From a virus, in the IMG/VR virus record IMGVR_UViG_3300030331_002523, positions 1-64,000 of that record: a stretch of DNA of 64,000 nucleotides, one strand, 5' to 3'. The position numbers and the translations under genes are program-made. How positions within the stretch are numbered: position 1 is the first letter of the stretch; each line of letters begins with the position of its first letter. The notes beneath the pieces are model-generated. The model searched no databases. It was given only the letters and a program-made list of their open reading frames with translations, and was not told the DNA's origin. Positions 58,884 through 64,000 of the stretch are shown piece after piece.

Positions 58884-58957
58884 TACACCCAGTAGGACTT
58901 GAACCTACAACCTACAGCTTAGAAGGCTGTTGCTCTATCCAATTGAGCTATGGGTGC
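58884..58957 (-). tRNA. trnR: tRNA-Arg(UCU)
   Basis: GCACCCA/TGGGTGT acceptor stem, D arm GCTC/GAGC, anticodon arm ACAGC-CTTCTAA-GCTGT, T loop GTTCAAG; followed by CTA, so CCA is not encoded. Confidence 0.95.
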
Positions 58958-59012
58958 ATAAAGGGCCCAGCAAGAAAATTACAAAGACGCCAGGCCCTCA
59001 AACAACAACACT

Positions 59013-59495
59013 TTACTTTTTAAGATTATTTAATCTATCTAGTTCAAAGTCAAGATGATTCTTGGCTTTTACTATATCTTCTATATGTTTATCAATATCC
59101 TCCATACCTTGTTCATATTTTTTACCACAACGTAAAAGGTATGCAACAGAGTTACCAACATTATAGGATAGGTCAAAGTCTTCAACAACTTTGCGTGCTT
59201 CATAACCGTAAGTTTTTCCTATATAATAGTTAGGAATCTTTTTTTCTGAGTAATCTACTTTTTCTTTTTCCATTTGTTCTTTATTTATTTTATTAAACTC
59301 CTCAAAGGTGTAGCTTTTATTGAATTCAAACCCAGGAGGACAACTCATTGTTACTTCAAAATCTATTGGTTTTTTATGATTAGTGACAGAATAACCGTAG
59401 TTATTACAGACTCTGCCCATATCCCAGTAATGTTTATTTTTACCTGTTAGTTTACAGATCAAATATATTAGCAGCTTGATCAAACGTGCTTTCAT
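59013..59495 (-). CDS. DUF3310-like (T7 gp1.7-like nucleotide kinase family) protein; true start may be 59273
   Basis: P.YY...E...V...Y.VGN...YL.R.GKK....EDI.KA...L motif in the C-terminal 86 aa. Confidence 0.65.
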   Translation of the reverse strand: MKARLIKLLIYLICKLTGKNKHYWDMGRVCNNYGYSVTNHKKPIDFEVTMSCPPGFEFNKSYTFEEFNKINKEQMEKEKVDYSEKKIPNYYIGKTYGYEARKVVEDFDLSYNVGNSVAYLLRCGKKYEQGMEDIDKHIEDIVKAKNHLDFELDRLNNLKK

Positions 59496-60291
59496 CTAAT
59501 TCTATTTCTTGAGGAATATCTACATCATCCTCTGGTTCTTTAACTTGGTCCCTGTTTTGTAATTGAGAGTTACTTAGTAGCTCTGCAACCATAAACTCAT
59601 GAAACTTAGATTGCTTTTCCATCCACGTTCTAGGATGATTAACCTTAAATGCATGAGTAACATGATTGTAAAACATCCATGCGGTATCTGGATCTACTCC
59701 ATAGTTATATGAAGGATCAGACATCTCAGCCTTTACAATGCTTAGTTGTTGTGAGTCAATAAGTTTCTCATCAATAAACAAACGCCCAGCAAACTCAGCC
59801 TGCTCCTTAGTAGATAAAGAAACATTTTTCATTTCATCTTTATCTTGTATTAGTTGAGCATAACTATGTTTAGCTTGACCCAGTTGTCTAGCAATAGTAA
59901 GAGCAATGTCTGCATTAGCAGTTCCAGTATGTTTACGACCGTAGTTGGCCATATCTCCCTTAATCATTCCATTATTGCAAACAAACACATAAGCACCTAT
60001 CCCGCATTGGAACCTTGTGCTTTTGTCATATGAATTAGTCCAGGCAAACATCATACCTAACTCTGAGTCAGAGCTATTTGTATTAATATGATATATACCT
60101 TGCGCTACATTAGCATTCAGGTTAGACCTGAAGACACTTTTGGTTATCTTCAGGTTGTGCTGATCTAGTAGCTTCTTTGTATGATCCATTACTTCCTTGT
60201 GAGAGACAACGGTATATGTCTTTCCATGGCTTGGTAATGGGGCAGTTTCTAGATAAGTCTTAGAGACTTGAGTTGGTTTTGAATGTCCCAT
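59452..60291 (-). CDS. DUF932-like protein
   Basis: Y..VSH, NSYDKS, G..VFVC.NGM, RKHTG, W..YN..T motifs; start reassigned to MGHSKP downstream of a promoter. Confidence 0.7.
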   Translation of the reverse strand: MGHSKPTQVSKTYLETAPLPSHGKTYTVVSHKEVMDHTKKLLDQHNLKITKSVFRSNLNANVAQGIYHINTNSSDSELGMMFAWTNSYDKSTRFQCGIGAYVFVCNNGMIKGDMANYGRKHTGTANADIALTIARQLGQAKHSYAQLIQDKDEMKNVSLSTKEQAEFAGRLFIDEKLIDSQQLSIVKAEMSDPSYNYGVDPDTAWMFYNHVTHAFKVNHPRTWMEKQSKFHEFMVAELLSNSQLQNRDQVKEPEDDVDIPQEIELDESTFDQAANIFDL

Positions 60292-60302
60292 ATTTTTTCT
60301 TT

Positions 60303-60333
60303 CAAAGTTAATAAAATTATTTAAATAAATCAA
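60303..60333 (-). promoter_or_regulatory. Bacteroidota sigma-A-type promoter (TTG-20 nt-TAACTTTG)
   Basis: Exact TAnnTTTG -7 box at 60303-60310 and TTG at 60331-60333; the -7 box lies 11 nt upstream of the ATG at 60291. Confidence 0.55.
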
Positions 60334-62305
60334 GCTGTCCACAGCTTATTCCTAAGATATTATCTATCTCTTTTTCAATAGCTTGCTGATAATATTTATA
60401 GTTAATATCATAGGTATCCCACTTAGGGTTCAGAGTCATCTTATTATAGACTGTAGCTAACCATGGACCTGACTCAAGTTGAATCATACGTCCATCATTT
60501 TTGTTTACCTTAATAAGCTTACTACCTCTATTAGAGATATAATATCTATTTATCTTTTGTAAATTGTCAACAGTAAGATTGTTATCTTTAAGATACTGTG
60601 ATGTTACCTGCCAACCACTGTTAGTTTTACTACCTATACAATAATCCAGAATGTTTTGATTCTGTTGTAAATATACTTGTGGTAAAACACCGTTTACAAA
60701 ATATTCATAGATACCTTTTGGAATAACTAGTTTAGACTTATTCTTATGCATAGCTAGATCTGTAAACTCAAACCTACCTTTACATTTAACAGGAGCATAG
60801 TAGAATTTATCCTTATCTGTTTTAAATAGATAATGAGGATTCTTCTGCTTAAGTTCTCTAAACTTTGTTAGATCTGTCTCAATATATTTAAAGATACCAA
60901 TATAGTTATTGACATCACCAAATACAATCTTTTGATACTGATCATGCTCAAGTTGCAACATAGTTATCTCTTCCCATTTCTTACATACCTTCATATAAGT
61001 TTCAATAGCAGTTTTAGGAATCATAGTCTCTATACCATCTGTATTCTGCATAATAGCAATGGCCTCTGGTATTGCTTCCATGATCATCTCATAAAGCATC
61101 ATCAAGGTTAACTGACCATTAATTGTAATACGCATAGTAAACTCCGGATCATATAGAAAAGAATTCTTATCATTAGAAAGACCATATGTACTATTAAGTA
61201 TAATCTTGTATACATAGTTCATAGGATTACTCTTAGGAATCTTTTTTCTTTCATTAAAGAACCATTCATACTGATCACAAAACTGTTGTGCTGGAAAGTG
61301 TCCTGGAGACCATTTATTCTTAATAGCCAAGTTAGGATAGAAGCTTGTAACATCTGAAGACATTATAACCATATCTTCTGTCTCTTCAAACACCCCCGCT
61401 CTTGTTGCACCATGTACACCACCTAAGCCAAAGTCTGTTTTAACACCCCGGTATTTTACACTATACTTAAAAGCACCTTTGATACTCAACGGATCAAGTT
61501 CAACAGTCCTAAATCTATCAAGAAGACTATTAAACTCTGCTGTCTCAAACTTAATATAAGGTAATATAATATCTTCAAGTTTAATAACACGTCTAAAAGT
61601 TCTTAATTGCTTAAGGTCCCGCTTGGGTATATTAAGCTCCTTACTAAGATAGTAACTAAATAACTCTTTAGATATTCTTGGCTCTGATGCATTTAGTAGA
61701 TTAATACCATAACGTTTAGATAAATCCAATCTTAGTGCAATCAAACTTTTTGATTTATTATATATCTCCTCTGTTGCTTCCACATCATTAATACAATACT
61801 CAATGATCATATCAATCTCTTCTTGAGTAGTTATCTCTGTGTCATGCTCAATAGGCATATCAAGAATATTATTCCAATCCATTGTATACTCAATCCATTT
61901 AAGACTAGACCGCTTGGCCATATTGTCCCAATGATTAAGTTTGTATACATCAATATGTGGTATCTTTAGATCCCATGGTGCATAGGGCGGAAAGTTTCTA
62001 TTATTAATTAAGTCAATAGTTTTTTGTGCAAAGTCATAAATCTTCCTTGCAAACACTTCACCTTTACCCCACTGTTCATGGTTCTCCATTATATGGTTGG
62101 TTACTTGTCCATCAAAAGCTAATCCATTAAAGGATATGTGAAAAGATCTTTCTTCTACATTTTCTCTCAAGAAATCTATAAAAGAATCAGAATCATCTCT
62201 TAGCTCATGAATGACAAAAACCCTTGTATCATTGCTTTTATAATGTTTGAACACTGCAACAAAGCAATTGCATAGTGTTTCATAATCCATGACCCAGTGA
62301 TTCAT
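60317..62305 (-). CDS. polB: DNA polymerase, family B, with 3'-5' exonuclease
   Basis: Exo motifs DYE, FNG..FD, YC.NDV; polymerase motifs DVTSFYPN, KIILNSTYG, NTDG. Confidence 0.92.
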   Translation of the reverse strand: MNHWVMDYETLCNCFVAVFKHYKSNDTRVFVIHELRDDSDSFIDFLRENVEERSFHISFNGLAFDGQVTNHIMENHEQWGKGEVFARKIYDFAQKTIDLINNRNFPPYAPWDLKIPHIDVYKLNHWDNMAKRSSLKWIEYTMDWNNILDMPIEHDTEITTQEEIDMIIEYCINDVEATEEIYNKSKSLIALRLDLSKRYGINLLNASEPRISKELFSYYLSKELNIPKRDLKQLRTFRRVIKLEDIILPYIKFETAEFNSLLDRFRTVELDPLSIKGAFKYSVKYRGVKTDFGLGGVHGATRAGVFEETEDMVIMSSDVTSFYPNLAIKNKWSPGHFPAQQFCDQYEWFFNERKKIPKSNPMNYVYKIILNSTYGLSNDKNSFLYDPEFTMRITINGQLTLMMLYEMIMEAIPEAIAIMQNTDGIETMIPKTAIETYMKVCKKWEEITMLQLEHDQYQKIVFGDVNNYIGIFKYIETDLTKFRELKQKNPHYLFKTDKDKFYYAPVKCKGRFEFTDLAMHKNKSKLVIPKGIYEYFVNGVLPQVYLQQNQNILDYCIGSKTNSGWQVTSQYLKDNNLTVDNLQKINRYYISNRGSKLIKVNKNDGRMIQLESGPWLATVYNKMTLNPKWDTYDINYKYYQQAIEKEIDNILGISCGQLDLFK

Positions 62306-62306
62306 A

Positions 62307-62399
62307 CTAATAAAATATAAATGTTAATATCAATGTAACTAATATACCAATAATGCCTATGGTAAATCCTAACATAGCATCATCATAATTATTTTTCAT
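62307..62399 (-). CDS. 30-aa single-TM peptide (not in ORF track)
   Basis: Manually translated MKNNYDDAMLGFTIGIIGILVTLILTFIFY. Confidence 0.45.
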   Translation of the reverse strand: MKNNYDDAMLGFTIGIIGILVTLILTFIFY

Positions 62400-62544
62400 C
62401 TTTATCTTTTCTATATTTTTCTTCCCACCTAGTCATATTTTCTATAAGTTGTTTTTGGTTTTCTATTTGATTAGCTTGTCTAACACATATCTTAATCAAT
62501 CTAAATATAAAATATAAAACCAGTATTGTAGTTAATGCTACCAT
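62389..62544 (-). CDS. 51-aa N-terminally anchored coiled-coil peptide (not in ORF track)
   Basis: Manually translated MVALTTILVLYFIFRLIKICVRQANQIENQKQLIENM... Confidence 0.45.
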   Translation of the reverse strand: MVALTTILVLYFIFRLIKICVRQANQIENQKQLIENMTRWEEKYRKDKDEK

Positions 62545-62561
62545 AATTTAAAATTTTTAGC

Positions 62562-62589
62562 AAAAGAAAGGGGACCGAAGCCCCCTCTC
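62562..62589 (-). terminator. Intrinsic terminator
   Basis: Minus strand GAGAGGGGGC-TTCG-GTCCCCTTTC hairpin (cUUCGg loop) followed by TTTT, about 25 nt after the 62614 stop. Confidence 0.75.
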
Positions 62590-62613
62590 ATTGCATTCAC
62601 ACAAATAAAATAG

Positions 62614-63069
62614 TTAAGAAACTATGTTAAGATTAGTTGCCTTTGCAGAACTCATGTTCTTGTTATAAGGCTCAGGATCTTTTGTTAAAAATCCTTCAAT
62701 GTCATATTTATTTTTGCTTATATTGATACCAAAAGTTTCAACAAAGCCTTTGATTTCTTCAGCATCTGTTATATAATACTCTGCATGAGTATCCAGCATA
62801 ACTCTCTGCTCTTTAATTTCTTTACCGTTAGCTCTTTTACCTACTCTTAGTTTAACCTCATCTCCATTGTCATCTAACTTAGGGACCATGTGATAAGAAC
62901 CTTTGTAGGTCTTAGATATAACTGCAAGAATTTTACTTCCTGGATCAAATATTGCCTCTACATAAGGACAATCATTTGTTGCAGGCATTAGTTTAAAGGT
63001 CTTATATGGACCCCAGTTTGATGTGGTAATGATCATGTTACCACCAAAACTTATTGATTTTTTTGCCAT
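62614..63069 (-). CDS. Hypothetical phage protein
   Basis: 151-aa ORF with its own promoter and terminator. Confidence 0.65.
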   Translation of the reverse strand: MAKKSISFGGNMIITTSNWGPYKTFKLMPATNDCPYVEAIFDPGSKILAVISKTYKGSYHMVPKLDDNGDEVKLRVGKRANGKEIKEQRVMLDTHAEYYITDAEEIKGFVETFGINISKNKYDIEGFLTKDPEPYNKNMSSAKATNLNIVS

Positions 63070-63088
63070 AATTTTATATAGTTTTTAA

Positions 63089-63664
63089 TTATTTTACTCT
63101 CAGCAAAGATAGTAATTTTTTATTAAAAATATCCAAATCATCACTCTTTTTCATTGTAAGTTCTTCTTTTTTCAAATTGGGTTTGTCACAAAGTTCAAAG
63201 ACTTTATATAACAACTCCGGATCTACTGCTAGTTCTTCAGCATACTCATCATGATAAAACTCAGGATGTAAATATGAATCAACATATATAGCAATAGTTC
63301 CTTTATCTCCAAAGAAATCTGTAATATTAGTTTTTATTGGCTCACTTATTTTTGAATATCTACCACGTACTATGTGGTTAAAGTCATGACCAATGCCAGA
63401 CATGTCAAAGACATATACATGTTTTGTAGGACTCACTTGAAAATAGTCTTCAAATTTAGAGTTCTGCAAAAGATATAATGTCTCAAACTTTGCCCAAGCA
63501 TCAGTCTTCCTTTGTTTATATAAACATATAAATTTTCTATCAACAACACTATAGTAATCTTTCCACGATAAATATGTTTCTACAGGAGTATAATCTACAC
63601 CCCTGCGTATCCCAAGCAATGGATACAAAAACACTTTACTTTTTTGGAAATATTTACTGTGCAT
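63089..63664 (-). CDS. Hypothetical phage protein
   Basis: 191-aa ORF coupled by TAATG to the upstream nuclease. Confidence 0.65.
   Translation of the reverse strand: MHSKYFQKSKVFLYPLLGIRRGVDYTPVETYLSWKDYYSVVDRKFICLYKQRKTDAWAKFETLYLLQNSKFEDYFQVSPTKHVYVFDMSGIGHDFNHIVRGRYSKISEPIKTNITDFFGDKGTIAIYVDSYLHPEFYHDEYAEELAVDPELLYKVFELCDKPNLKKEELTMKKSDDLDIFNKKLLSLLRVK
63104..63137 (-). promoter_or_regulatory. Bacteroidota sigma-A-type promoter (TTTG-22 nt-TATCTTTG)
   Basis: TAnnTTTG at 63104-63111 and TTTG at 63134-63137, upstream of the ATG at 63069. Confidence 0.55.
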
Positions 63665-64000
63665 TATAATGTTACTTCATTCACTAAAAATTCATATGGT
63701 AAATCAAAATTCATATTATCAATATGATATTTTGCTACATCAAGTGCCTGCTCTAGTCCTACATACCATGAATCCATAGTAGTAGGTCTTACAGGAAAAC
63801 TATAAATTTGATTATACTTATCTATTACTATAAAGGTAAAGTTTATTTTGTAATCTTTACCCTTATCACCAGCATTTTTTAATGCTAGTACTGAATAAAT
63901 AGCCGCTTGTAACCAATAATTATAAAATTCTACTGTTTCAGCAAACTCTGTGACACTCTTGCCTGTGGTTTTAAAATCTATTATTCTTATTGTCTTATTC
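63664..64000 (-). CDS. PD-(D/E)XK (RecB-like) nuclease, C-terminal part (truncated by window end; not in ORF track)
   Basis: Manual translation IRIIDFKTTGK...YNYWLQAAIY shows motif III DxK and QxxxY. Confidence 0.75.
   Translation of the reverse strand, partial: NKTIRIIDFKTTGKSVTEFAETVEFYNYWLQAAIYSVLALKNAGDKGKDYKINFTFIVIDKYNQIYSFPVRPTTMDSWYVGLEQALDVAKYHIDNMNFDLPYEFLVNEVTL

Larger units (their letters stand above)
1..64000. mobile_element. crAss-like (Crassvirales-type) bacteriophage genome segment, probable Bacteroidota host
   Basis: Gene order ring protein - stabilization protein - cargo - three giant proteins including a DFDID RNA polymerase; PolB, UNG, RNR, holin; no cellular housekeeping genes; T9SS CTD and TAnnTTTG promoters point to Bacteroidota. 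Confidence 0.92.

Noticed and set aside
58962-58998. AGGGCC...GGCCCT inverted repeat upstream of the tRNA
   Set aside because: Short stem with a long loop; insufficient to call a terminator or ncRNA
58724-59023. 99-aa plus-strand ORF in the track
   Set aside because: It is the antisense of the tRNA and the zinc-ribbon ORF
44636-62305. Introns or inteins in nrdJ or polB
   Set aside because: Both ORFs are continuous with normal length and motif spacing; no intein termini or LAGLIDADG motifs noticed
1-64000. Stop-codon reassignment (TAG or TGA), known in some Crassvirales
   Set aside because: ORFs up to 15.5 kb are uninterrupted in code 11; TAG and TGA serve as real stops next to downstream starts (e.g. 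53445, 53631, 54331); no suppressor tRNA seen

Overview
This window is a 64-kb, AT-rich segment of a crAss-like (Crassvirales-type) podovirus genome, most likely infecting a Bacteroidota (Flavobacteriia-like) host. It reads in the standard genetic code. Plus strand 1-44503 is the tail and ejected-protein block: the end of a tail ring protein, a 3220-aa tail stabilization/muzzle protein with two inserted VWA domains, three multidomain cargo proteins punctuated by a recurring [A/M/F/Y]xxG(G) motif, and three giant ejection proteins. The 5174-aa ejection protein is the virion RNA polymerase (DFDID motif), fused to a zincin and a NADAR-like domain. An inverted class II ribonucleotide reductase follows. 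Plus strand 46677-56494 is an accessory late block: a T9SS-cargo / beta-barrel / thioredoxin-like envelope cassette, about a dozen tiny Lys/Arg-rich proteins, a holin and a thermonuclease. Minus strand 56477-64000 is a replication/repair block: SP-lyase-like radical SAM enzyme, UNG, tRNA-Arg(UCU), DUF3310-like, DUF932-like, family B DNA polymerase and a PD-(D/E)XK nuclease. The most interesting candidate system is a set of virion polyproteins whose effector domains (SET lysine methyltransferase, zincin, beta-barrel, pre-toxin-like) are bounded by a shared xxGG motif that also occurs in the small basic proteins. This suggests a packaging/cleavage code and possibly a phage 'chromatin'. All family assignments come from motif recognition by eye; no database search was run.
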